Below the pieces are notes generated by a model that made no database searches, was not told the origin of the DNA, and worked only from the letters and a program-made list of their open reading frames with translations. The position numbers were made by a program, and so were the translations under genes. 64,000 nt of DNA, taken from positions 124,001 to 188,000 of the forward strand of contig NW_027272008.1 in assembly GCF_040938485.1 (NCBI RefSeq), read 5' to 3'. Positions 39,601 through 51,600 of the stretch are shown in pieces. Within the stretch, counting starts at the first letter, position 1; every line of letters starts with the position of its first letter. Source of the DNA: Diadema antillarum. Taxonomy: Eukaryota.

Positions 39601-40018
39601 TCNNNNNNNNNNNNNNNNNNNNNNNNNNNNNNNNNNNNNNNNNNNNNNNNNNNNNNNNNNNNNNNNNNNNNNNNNNNNNNNNNNNNNNNNNNNNNNNNNN
39701 NNNNNNNNNNNNNNNNNNNNNNNNNNNNNNNNNNNNNNNNNNNNNNNNNNNNNNNNNNNNNNNNNNNNNNNNNNNNNNNNNNNNNNNNNNNNNATAGTAA
39801 TGCATTTACCGTCTAAGTGCTCCTCTCTCCACCTCTGTCTCTCCACTCTCTCTTGACCCCCTACAGGTGACATTCTCATAATGGACAACCATCGTGTGTT
39901 GCATGGTCGGGAGGCGTTCACCATGAAATCCGGCTCTTCTCGCCACTTGGAGGGAGGGTATTTGGACTGGGATGCCGTCTTGTCAAAGATGAGAGTCCTA
40001 GGACAGAACGTCGAGTGA
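30656..40018 (+). CDS. BBOX1: Gamma-butyrobetaine dioxygenase-like Fe(II)/2OG oxygenase, 519 aa, 6 exons
   Basis: Exons 30656-31276, 34498-34808, 35912-36017, 37247-37449, 37973-38139, 39867-40018 (1560 nt, in frame; exon 5 acceptor is the weakest). Zn motif WLRDNCRCNEC plus DGHVSHY; Fe ligands HTD and RVLHGR; GGENTLVDGF; C-terminal RHLEGGYLDWD. Confidence 0.88.
33050..33480 (-). mobile_element. Possible decayed LINE ORF2 3' fragment in BBOX intron 1
   Basis: Broken minus-strand translations resemble LINE C-terminal motifs (RRKLFALFR; LCGHE; TVH...CPRY); no continuous frame. Confidence 0.25.
34089..34290 (+). mobile_element. tRNA-derived SINE
   Basis: GGCGCTGTAGTGGCTCAGTGG (A box), GATTCGAGTCCC (B box), A-rich (AAAAC/AAATC)n tail. 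Confidence 0.65.
38462..38578. mobile_element. ~120-bp Harbinger-like MITE (same family as 55403-55519)
   Basis: Ends TTTTGATAAAACGGGGCC|CAG; interior is the reverse complement of the 55403 copy. Confidence 0.55.
39176..39578. mobile_element. TTAA MITE family copy 4 (diverged), in BBOX intron 5
   Basis: AGGAAAGGTACAGTTTTGATTGAG...CTCAACCAATACTATACAATACCT; central GGTGGGACCCACA. Confidence 0.6.
39603..39793. other. Assembly gap (191 N)
   Basis: N run. Confidence 1.
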
Positions 40019-40140
40019 AATACGTGGTATATGGCACCTTTTTATTGAAAAGGGAAAAGTGTGGCCCCGATACAACGGACTTCTTCCGAGGAAGGGACTC
40101 ATTATTCCAAACTTCTGTTCGTTATGCCAAATACAGACTC

Positions 40141-40180
<40 letters not shown>

Positions 40181-40376
40181 AGGACCACTAAAGTTTGAAT
40201 GAGACTTTGTATATAGACGAATGGATTTGTCATAATTATTATGAAAAGCGATGCGTCCAGCAAAGTGATGAATATATTATTTCCATCTTATTGCACGTAT
40301 AAAATCTGATTTAAGTTTTAATTCATCCAGGTAACATTTAGTTAAGAATGAAAAGTTAAATCGGAGCATCTGTTAT

Positions 40377-40507
40377 GGACTCACTGTTTAATTCCGAAAA
40401 CGGTTTCACGTCCTATCCTGGACGCTTCATCAACTCGTCTTGTTTAATGACTGGAAAACGTGCGTCAGCGCCGATGGGGAACGTTCTCTGAATTAAACAG
40501 TGAGTCC
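40377..40507 (-). ncRNA. Degenerate minimal hammerhead-ribozyme-like motif (40395-40437) inside an 18-bp inverted repeat; possible Penelope-like element remnant
   Basis: Minus strand CGAG-TTGATGA-AGCGTCC-AGGATA-GGACGT-GAAAC-C-GTT-TTCG; perfect inverted repeat 40377-40394 / 40490-40507. Confidence 0.4.
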
Positions 40508-42921
40508 AGATGCAGTGCTGTAATTCTTGCTTTTTAACTTATCGCACATCCGGGTATCCATGTACTACAATTAACTTTTGGAATTCGCGAAATTATATGA
40601 AATTATATAATATTAAAAATTAAATCAACTCGTATATATTGTTCGTATTACCGATACCTCTAGTTATATTGCTACATTACCATGAACTAATGTTTGTTTG
40701 TACTCTTGGTACTATCCGTGTTTTTATTCTATTTGGTTGTTGGTTTTTTGTGGGTTTGTTGGTATATTTGGGAGGATTTAACTTCATTCTTCCTGTCGTG
40801 TCATATTAATTCCTTAATTGAAGAAATTGGATGCGTTTTGGTAGGAATATCATGAACGAGAGGGTGATTTTCTTATCCCTGAAACTTAACAAGTATGGGC
40901 CAGCATTATGTGATATTGGCATTGTTTTCTGCCGAGCCAGCTGTCGTATTTGGCAGCATTGTTAGTATTCCTTAGTGTATACATATAATCATAATCAACA
41001 GAAAAATGGTATTTCATGGAAGCAAGATTTATAAGTAAATAATGTCAGTTCAACTAGTTCTCGCTCGTTAACAAGATTCATAGCATTATAATTTTGCGAG
41101 GAATGTAACCAGATAATTATCCTTTAGCAAAATTGAGGCAGACAAGGTAGCGTGGTGTCATCTACTAAGACGAAATTTAAATGCAACGATACCTGGTAGT
41201 TATCACTAGCATCATATTTTCCACGTAGGTACAACATGAATGACCGGGAAGGAGTGAACACCTTTATTTCGCAGATTGCACTGGCGAAGTAATTTCAGAT
41301 GTTCAACATGTTCAAAATGACTTGGAAGAAGTTATATTATGTAAATTTATGTTATTCGTAACAGATGTATAAGGATCAAATCCAGGTAAACTATTTTGTG
41401 TGTCACATGTCTTCTTTTCCGTTTCTTCTCCCTCCCTGCTATTCGTAATGTTGTTCTTTAAGTTTATGATAACGCGTACATTTTTAATGCTTATTCTGCA
41501 AGTTTTACTTCCCAATGGATCTTTCTCCTGTCTTTTACTAAATATCATTATTTCATCAAACTGACGTATAACATATTGTCGTATATTCATTAGGGCATCA
41601 GTATAATGTTCGTAATGAAATTAAAGGTGTTTGCGTTCTACGACTTAAAAAATGCTTCGAGAGAATTTTGAATGAAATCACTTGTTTCATTTCAACCCAG
41701 ACGAATGACTGCGATATCAAATATCAATAAAACCGAGAGCTAACTTGAATGACGCCTGTGGTACCCACATGTTAGTTATAAAACATGAACGGATTGTCAT
41801 GTCATTCTTTAGTCCATAATAATGACGTGTGTCGTGCTTACCATGCTTCACCATGGGAGATAAAATTTCCGTGCTGATTATACTTATTTGCATATTTTGA
41901 ATAAATGTCATTGACCGATGACATTTTCCAGCCCCCCTCAAAAATAAATAGATAAATAAATAAATCCCCGGTATATGCAAAGACTGAATTACAAATAAAG
42001 TTGTACATGAAACTCACGAAACTTCATTGGAAACCTGAAGGAAAGAGAAAAGGGGAACGTCCCAAACCCACCTGAAGAAGAACAGTGGAGAGAGAATTAA
42101 ATTTCATAAACCATTCATGGGGATCTACGAGTATCCAAAGACTCGCCCAGGACCTCCTTCGTTACTGCCCTACATGCCAATCAGGCATACCGGCAGTTAA
42201 AGTAAGAAACTCATGAAGCCTACATCTGATTTGCATACCAATTAGAATATTCGCATTGGATAGCACTGAAAAAGGGATACTGCTTTTCACCTAACCCTAA
42301 AAACCTTAATAAAGTCTACACTGACTTTGATTTGCCTTTAAAAGAATAAAAAAACAAAAACACTCTCCCGGTGCTGTTTATTTGCATATTTCAGTACTAA
42401 TTTGCATATTGATGAATTAAAGTATACGATTAAGAACCTGCAAAATGTTCATACTTCATATTGCAAAGTCTATTCTATGCACAAATACTATTAACGAGCG
42501 TTCTCTTATTCAAATGCTTAACATATTCGATTTATTTATTGCACTATAAATTTGAGCTAAATTGGACGAGGGATAAGGAAGCTACAGCTGTTTGTATAAA
42601 TGAACCGTAGAGAACTTGTGGACGACTCTTCATTTATTTTCTACACAAAATTTCATTACAATTTATTTCAAAGTTTTCTCTTGATTCATATTAAAAACAT
42701 GGTTTAAATTCAAAATACATGCTTGCAAAATATATTCTGTCGTGCCATATTTGGATTTCAGATAAAGAGTTATGCCCATTGTTGAGAAATGATGAAGAAT
42801 GTGAGATTTTATGGGTATTAAAGTCATTATTTACCTTTTGCAGATAAAACACAAACCCAGCTTTACTACTTCAAAATACACAAGTTCTAAAATATGAGTC
42901 GGGGATAGAAACAACCAGTGT

Positions 42922-42971
<50 letters not shown>

Positions 42972-44300
42972 AGTCAATAAAGTCAATGTTCAGCATTGTT
43001 AGATATGCAAAATGTGAACAATAGTTGTACGGTAATAAAATATTGCTTCTAGACTAAACCCTCCACAGTTATGGTATAGTGAGAAAAATAGTGATATATC
43101 CTTATATCTTAGGTTCTGTTGTAATTTTTTTGGAATGGTAGGATCTAGGATGTATTGGGATACAACTGACCTACACATATGCATCAAATGTGATAACTCG
43201 AACATTTTTTAAATCACTGTTCCCAATGGTATATGGCACTTTTAAACTTTGCAAACATGTCCACAAATAATGAGCAGAAACAAGGTCATTCGGACCAACA
43301 GGCATAATGATTTTTAAATTCACTGGGATAAGCATCTGTAATGTAATGATTATTCATGAGATACCTATAAATACTGCTTGCCAGCACATCCACCTGACAG
43401 CAAAAGTGGTATTTGGCAATATCAATAGAAAGAGATTGTCAATACATTCAATGCAAAATAATGAAATGGATGCTTCCCAAGTGTAAATTGACGGATCGTT
43501 CTGCTCATCTGGTCTACGCAACTCTATTCTTTGTTTGAACAGGATTGTGAATCCCATAAATTGTTATGTAAAGCTTATGCATTATGTCGCTCTAAAACGA
43601 GTTAAGTGCCCCTAACCGACTGAGAAAAGAGAAAGGTCATTCGTGCCAATGCGCCCATGAGCTAACTCCGAACTAGCTTATTAATCAATCACAAGTTGTT
43701 TGCTGCTCTCTACTGACTTAAATTTTGCAAAGCTGAGATTTCCCTACTCCTTGCCCGTTTTGGCTTAAACTTGCAGTGGTTAATTCGAACATATCAGACA
43801 TTTGAATAAGAATTACTTCAGATTAAGGTATTGGTTCCCTTTAATTCACTTTTTTTCTGCTTGATTGTAAAGATTTCATAGAAATTGTGTCTCTGAAATT
43901 GACAATATTTTTCGTGACTCGGCAGCCATCTTGTTTATGCAAATTACTTCCCAGCTGCGTTTGTGCATTTCCCTTTGATGCGGTTTTCGAGATTTGTACA
44001 TTTTCATTTACGTTTACATTTCCGGGCCTTTGTACTGCATCCCGGTTCCACAGACCGATCCCTGGCAACTGCCTAATGCCATGAAGTAATTTTATAGTAA
44101 ACGACAACTGCTGTTGTGAGCTGACTTGGTATTGGAAATGTTACGGTCCCACCCCCCCCCCCCCCCATCTCAAGTGGTCATCTATATATCGCATGCTCGT
44201 TCCCAATTCTTTGGAAAAGGGGTATATAAAATCCCGAAAATTCCTTCAAATATGACATCTTTCATTATTTTCCCCCGAAATATTTTCTAATTAGAAGTTT

Positions 44301-44335
<35 letters not shown>

Positions 44336-44604
44336 TCGGACGTGTCCATCTGTCGACCTGAGGGAAGGAAAGTACTGCCCGAGGTACATTATGGCACCAG
44401 GCAGGAGCTCACGTCCTCCCGGATAGCACTTTTCAAAGACAAAGAAGCAGAAGGAGGAGCGGAGCTAGATTTTGTTGTTGTTGTTGTTGCTGTTGTTGTT
44501 GTTGTTGTTGTTGTTGCTTAAATGTTTCTGTTTTGCAGCCCTTCATAATACGCCCGCCTACCAGCTGTGACGTTATTTCGCTAACTTCGCCCAGTGAGTT
44601 TTAA

Positions 44605-45385
44605 CCCTAACTTACCTGGGGGGGGGGGGGGGACATAATGCCCCCCCCCCCCCTCGACGAATTCCGCGACCATTCCGGCGCGCAAAATTTTTTGACCGCG
44701 CCACTCGCTGACTTTTTACTTTCAAGTCTCGCGCAACTTTTGAGACCAAATTTGTTGCGCCCGGGCATACCGTTCCGAAGCCACTCCCATTCAAAAATTT
44801 TTCGTCAACCCAAAATTGCTCAAAAACGTGATTTTGTGTACAAAATCAATACAAATTGTGTTTTTTCAATTAATTCATATAAAGATTCATATTTCTAATT
44901 TTAATGGCTGAAATCAATTTATATTAGTATAATTATGCTTCAAAAATGTGTATGACAAATTCTGCTGAAAAAACAACAAAAACAAAAGCTCGAAGAAACA
45001 AAGAAATATATTAAAAATTGATAAAACAATAAAAAACATAAGAAATTAATTTTGATACAGATTTTTTTTTACGCACAAATGTTCAGAATGTCACTAGGAA
45101 TTTTTACATAAAAAAATCCGCATTCCATAAGCTTTTAAAAGCCAATTACAGACGAAAATGAGGGGTTTTTTGCATATATTTGAATAATTAATTAATTTAA
45201 AATAGAAAATGCAAATCTTTTGAACATTTAACTGAATAATCTGGTAAATTACATCCGGCTTTATGTTCATGCAAAATTTTGCGGCGATCGCGTGATCAAC
45301 GGCCGAGATCTGAAGGGGGGCCATGTAATGCCCCCCCCCCCCCCCCCAGGAATTCAAGCTCGCTAAATAGCCCAGGTAAGTTAGG
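44605..45385. mobile_element. piggyBac-like non-autonomous element ~300 bp upstream of the GBA copy B start codon
   Basis: TTAA|CCCTAACTTACCTGGG ... CCCAGGTAAGTTAGG|TTAA. Confidence 0.7.
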
Positions 45386-45692
45386 TTAAGGTTATAGTTT
45401 TGGTATACAAAAGGCACTCCTATTGCAATAGCTTGATCATAAACATTCGACCGTTGGCTGCACTATCTTTGCCGTCGCATAACGCCAGCAGCTAGCAAGC
45501 GAGCACGGATAAAAGCGACATTGAGATATTGCTATCATGGTTCATTTCCCCGTTAGAATAGGCGACGGGGACCTGGTCAAGATTTCCACGCAATATCTGA
45601 TTTTCCGTCACCAGTTTTTGACCGGTAACTGAATGGTCAGCGTTGTCCGATCCATTGATTGACCAACTGCTGGACGCTCTGTAGTGTAGGAA

Positions 45693-48600
45693 ATGATGGA
45701 ATCGGGGAATACAGAGTCCATCAGATTTGTCTTTTATCGTATTTGTTTTCTCGTTCTTCTCTGTGCGGCCGTTCTCAAAAAGACCGGAGCTGCAAGGGAC
45801 ATCAAAGTCGGTAAGTACACATTATACGTTTTAATTGGTCCTACCTATAGGCCTACTTCCGCACATATAGAATCATTGGTGGTCGTGGAAAATGTCAGCA
45901 ACCTGTGTTTCTATGTATTCCAAATGGCTAATGGAGCAATGGAGGTAAGGCAGGGGATTCTAAAAGGGGGAGGCGCAAAGCGAGAGAGCGTATAGCGACC
46001 AAGCCCAAGTGATCGGAGTGAGCGAGGAGGAGGGTGTGGTAGGGATGTAATATATATAACACTGTTGGTCATCGTGCGATTTCATGCAGACTTTAGGTGT
46101 ACTTTTTATATTCATAANNNNNNNNNNNNNNNNNNNNNNNNNNNNNNNNNNNNNNNNNNNNNNNNNNNNNNNNNNNNNNNNNNNNNNNNNNNNNNNNNNN
46201 NNNNNNNNNNNNNNNNNNNNNNNNNNNNNNNNNNNNNNNNNNNNNNNNNNNNNNNNNNNNNNNNNNNNNNNNNNNNNNNNNNNNNNNNNNNNNNNNNNNN
46301 AAGGGGAGCGAGCCAGGTGCGCCCTTCCCCCTTGGATCCGCCACTGGTACGGTGAACACAGGGGCCCGTATTCTGCTAAAAACTTAGACCCGAGTTTAAA
46401 CCCACGCCTGGGTCTAAAGTGGGTTTTTGAGGTTTAAACCTGGGTTTAAACCACCAGTTTAGACCCAGGTTTAAACCCAAGTTTAATTTGTATTCTACTA
46501 AGTCCAGCTGTGGTCTAAATTGGGTTTAAATTAAACCTACCCAGGAGGAGGTTTATTTCGAGTTTAAATCGAGTCTAACGATGACTGGTAAGGGTACCAG
46601 CACACAGATCAATGCCAATGGCACAAAACGAGAGGCTGGCTGGATACGTACAGCAGCTAGCTTGCCGGCCACACGCGTGTACACACGAGATACGCCTACT
46701 ACATACTAGATCCAGGCTAGTACTTGTACACTTAGAAGAGACTCGAGATCTAAATGTCGTAGTTAGTCTAGACTTTACGATGAAAATAACCTGAAGACTA
46801 GACCAAGAACTCAATGCAAGACTAGAGGGTAGGTTGAGCCTGACTGAGGTCGATTTGGCATAACATGCATAGATAGACTAACGTTAACTGTTAGATCGAG
46901 AACCTAGATCGTAGGACTATTACGTTAGGAGTAGGAGTAGGGTCCTACTAACGTTAGTAGAACCTATTCGAATAGCTAGAATACATTATTGTAACGTTAG
47001 GACTAATGTTAGATCTAAAGTTAGGTTAGTGTGGTAGGTAAAATCTACTTCTAACGTTATTATCGAGACAGGGTTGATATAGTCTAGGCCTAAATTTATT
47101 TCTAAATATTTTAGAATGGTTTCCATTTTTATTAACTGACAATCTTTCTGATGCTTAAGTGCACGCCTTAACAGAAAAGCTTTTATTCAATTTCCTACCT
47201 CAAAGTCCTGGCTTGATCAATCACCAATCCATTCCGAATTCACGATTCAATCGACATAAAATTAAAAGCCATGTCCCATCCATGCAGCGCACACAGCAAC
47301 CGTGCCGCCGGCCGGCGCGGCGCGTTAAATTGGCTCTACTGAGCATTCAAAGCTAGCTAGCCAGAAATAATAGAAAGATTAAACGAGAACTTACCTGTTT
47401 GAAGTTTGATCTTTATTTCATGAGGGAGTTGGAGAAAGAATTCACAGTGAGAGAGCCCGCTCAACGCGCGCGCAGTCATACTTCGTAGCAACAAGATGTG
47501 ACTTCTGTCAGAGTGGAAAGATTGAGAACTTACTTGAAGTTGATCTATACATTTTGTAATAGTATTCATGCCATGGGAAGGGAGAGGAGGGACTGTGAAT
47601 TCTTTCTCCAACTCCCTCATAAAATAAAGATCAAACTTCAAACAGGTAAGTTCTCGTTTAATCTTTCTATTTTATTTCGTGAGTTTACGCAAGAACTCAC
47701 AGTGAGATTTTGTAGCACAGAAGTCACATTTGTTCCAACTGAACAAACTCAAGCATGCACAATGGCAAGCAAAATGTAAGCTCAAATTACCTTGGTCTGA
47801 GGTCATTATTCCCTCACAATGAGTTGTGACAGGCACTGTCCCTCTTCTTGTAGAGGTTTGTCGTAGAATTTACGGAATGTTCGTTCTTTTGACCAGCCTG
47901 CTTTTGCGAGGATCAGAGGAATAGGTGCATCCGCCCTGTTTGCTGCTGAGCTAGATGCTGCTCGGGTTGAATGTGCACTGAACATTGTGGTGTCAATGCC
48001 AGCGCCAGTCATGATTTCTTTGATCCATCGAGAAATTGTCTGTGCCGTTACTCTCTTGAAAGGCTTGCGAAAACTAATGAAGAGATGACTTTCCTCTCCT
48101 CGGATCTCTTTGGTTCTCCGAAGGTAGGCCTTAATGTATGTAACTACACACAAACGTCTGTCTGGGGGGTACGCTTTCAAAAGTACGTCCAATCCAAAAT
48201 TCCCAGGTCTAGACTGCTTAAGATGTTCATTAACTTTGAATGACACCATAGATTGTTTGAGAATCATGCTGTCTAGATTCAGGCAATGCAAAGTCTGTAC
48301 CCTCTGGGTGGATATCAAGGCCAGTAACATGCACAGCTTCATCGTTAATTGCTTCAAGCTAAGCGAGTTAGCGGGAGCTAGACTTCTCAAATATCTAAAA
48401 ACAATATTCACGTCCCAAATTTCCGAATACCGCGGCCTTGGGGGCCTGAGCTGGAACACACCTCTCATAAAACGAGAGAGAAGCGGATGAGTGCTGACAG
48501 TAAATTGTTCATCCTCTAACACTAGAAAGGTAGCAAGTGCACTCCGTGCTGAGTTAATAGCTGAATAGCTCAAGTTCTCTTCATAAAACATGTGTGTAAA

Positions 48601-51600
48601 AAACTCCAAAACAAAATTAATCTTGGCATGAAGGTGACTTTCCTTCTTAAGTGTACAAAACTTTCTCCATTTCCTTATATATGTACAATATTGTCTTTGG
48701 GTTGATGCCCTCCAAGATGCTGCCAAGATGTCCACCGTTCTGCTGCTCATGCCAGAGTTCTCGAACGGCAGCTTCAAAACCTGCAACATAACAGATCAAG
48801 GCAAGCGTGTAAAGGGTGCGGTTCCCCAGATACTGGTTGCGTAATCAAATTCCTGTGTCTAGGAATTAAGAGTGGTTCATCTTTAAGCATTCTCCTCATG
48901 CGAGGAAACCACGCTTGCGTAGGCCAGTTTGGGACAATCAAGAGACCATGTGCCTTGTCGTTTTCTATTTTTTGGAGACATTTGGGGATGAGGCAGAAAG
49001 GAGGGAATGCGTAGAAATACAGATCACCCCAATTCAGAGTGAATGCATCCACAGAAACCGCATCTGGGTCAGGCAGCCACGTAACGTACGCAGGCAGCTG
49101 CTTATTGAGTCTGGACGCGAAAAGATCAATTTGGGGAGTACCACATTTCTTAGTGATATCAGTAAAAACTTTCTTATTCAGCATCCATTCTGTTCTGTCA
49201 TTAAAATGACGAGATCTCCTGTCTGCTTCTGTATTGTCACGACCTGGTAAATAGGCTGCTGTGATCCAGATATTCCTTTCCTTACACCAAACCCAAATGT
49301 CTCGTGCTGCCCTGTCGCAGGCTCGAGATTTAATGCCTCCCATATTGTTCAGGTAGGCTACAGCTGTTGTGTTGTCAGTTCTAATGAGCACATGTGTATC
49401 ATGCAGGTGGCCGCAAAATGACTTCAAACCAAGCCCTGCAGCTAAGATTTCAAGATAGTTGATTTCATTGTTTAGAGCATGCACTATCTCCTGATCATCC
49501 CATCTACCGCCAGTTTCACTGCTTAAATCAGTGGCACCCCATCCTTGCCCACTGGCGTCAGTACGTAGCTCTAAAGCTGGCCGATCTCGACTAATTGGTG
49601 CCGACTGGCAGTGAATGTTATTGAACCACCACATTAACTCCTGTTTAGAAGCTTCAGACAAATTCATAGGTCGATCAAAATGCCCTTTGCTTGATTTTAG
49701 TGCAAGAATTTTGTCTCTTTCTAGGTTACGATAGAAGAGGGGGCCATATTGAATAGCAGGGAAAGTAGCAATCAGTTTCCCAATGACCTGCGCCACCTGC
49801 CTGATAGTAGGGTTTTGTTTCCCTAGCAATTCCGCACATACTGCCCTGATATTTTGACATTTCTCATGCGGGAGCGTTATAGTCATGCTTTCCGAATCCA
49901 AGATAAACCCCAAAAATTGGAGCCGTTGCTGAGGCTCTAGGATAGATTTCTCTGAATGAATGACAAAACCAAGGTCAGAGAGCAGTTTTGTGGTTGCTTG
50001 CACCGCTTCTAGTGCTTGTGATTCAGTTTCACCGATTATGAGAGTGTCATCTAAATACCCCACAACCAGGTGGCCTGCCTGTCGCAGCTTTGCGAACACC
50101 GGCTTCATAAGCTTTGTGAAGAGCCTAGGCGCTGTACTAAGGCCATTGGGGAGTACCTTAAATTGCCAACATTTCTCATGCCAGACAAATCTCAAATACT
50201 TGCGATATGAGGGGTGAACAGGGACAGAGTAGTAGGCATCTCGAAGGTCGATTGAGGCAAGGTAACAACCAGGGGAAATTAGGGTTGTAGCCGTATGGAT
50301 GTTATCCATTTTGAAATGCTGTACATTCAGACTGTCATTGAGGTCCGATAAATCTAAAATTAGGCGTATGTCCCCATTTTTCTTTGGGCGTGTAAAGATA
50401 TTGGACACAAATTCTCCAGCCACATGCTGGCATTCTTCGATTACGCCTTTCTCGGCCAGTTTTCGAATTTCAATGTCAATCTTGCTCTCCTCAGCATTAC
50501 CCACTCTGTAGTGGTAAGGCGGTTTACCTCTGTGAGGTGGGCTATACGCCTCTTGAAATTCAAGTTTGTAACCGCTAATTGCATCAAGTATGAAAGGATC
50601 AGTGGTAATATGATTCCACTGTTTGCTAAAATGCCTCAATCGACCCCCAACGGGCAGGTCTAATGGAACATCTACATGTTCAATGTCAAAAACTGACTGT
50701 ACAGTGTGAGTAGATTGTGTATTTCCACAACAAGAGCTAGGCCTGCAACTTACCTCCTTGGGTAGTGCAGTTACTTTCTCCGTGACACAGTGTTTGGCTT
50801 GGCTGGGGTTGCTGTCGAGTAGCTCTGCCCCCGGTTGTGCGCATGAGCTGGAGGTGGGCGAGTCTGCGTGTGCGGGGCTGAATGTCTGTATCCCCGCTGC
50901 TGCTGGCCTAAAAAAGGCCTGGATGTATCGCCAGCTGCGAGCCAGCCTGCGTTCCGATATTGCTTCCGGCTGAATCCACCGCTGGCCGTGCGCTTGTATG
51001 GGTGGTACGGCTGATGAGTAGATCTCTTAGCCTGGCCTTTAACCACACTAAAGGCAGCCCTATTCTCCTCCTTGAGATCTTTTACACGTTGTCCCAAGTC
51101 ATCACCGAATAGAAACGCGGTCACGGGCGTAGTAGGCTTGCACAGATGTGCGTAAGCAGCGTTCATATCGGGCTTGATCAGCTCCTTTCTCAGGCAATTC
51201 ATCTCGTAATTGGCATTACAGAGTAAAGCGAGTGCGTCCTGTTGCGCCTCGTTCAAGTCAGTAGGAAGAGTTTGTAGGAACGCACACAGCCCGCGGGTAA
51301 GAGATTTCTGTACTCTCTGCAGCTTAACGTCTCTGCTGCGCGTAGTCTGTGTCACATTATCCCAAATCACTGGATTGACTTTAGGGACTAGTAAGTTGGG
51401 GCAATTGCTCGGTGCTGGGTAGTTTGCCGCTGACTCTTCCATAGATTTTTCCTCCAGACAATGGGAGATGAGATAATTCGTAGAATTTGCCAATTCGTCA
51501 TTGATAGGGTCGCCCACACAGGCGGAGACCGCAAATTTTGCAGCAAAGGATGGCACTTGTACTGGCCGCCCCGTGAGCTCTGCGGGTGCGTAACCCGCTG

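Noticed and set aside
39510-39924. ORFs spanning N runs (also 46065-46437 and 59545-59870)
   Set aside because: Artefacts of assembly gaps.
40720-41700. Possible RT remnant (LVDDTT on the minus strand near 41150) and the 92-aa ORF at 41312-41590
   Set aside because: A single short motif with no supporting in-frame RT motifs; cannot be supported without a search.
50672-50774. Short introns that might join gag directly to pol
   Set aside because: The phase-compatible gag-to-pol option needs a 32-nt intron, and the CATGTAG acceptor leads straight to a stop; frameshifting explains the layout better.
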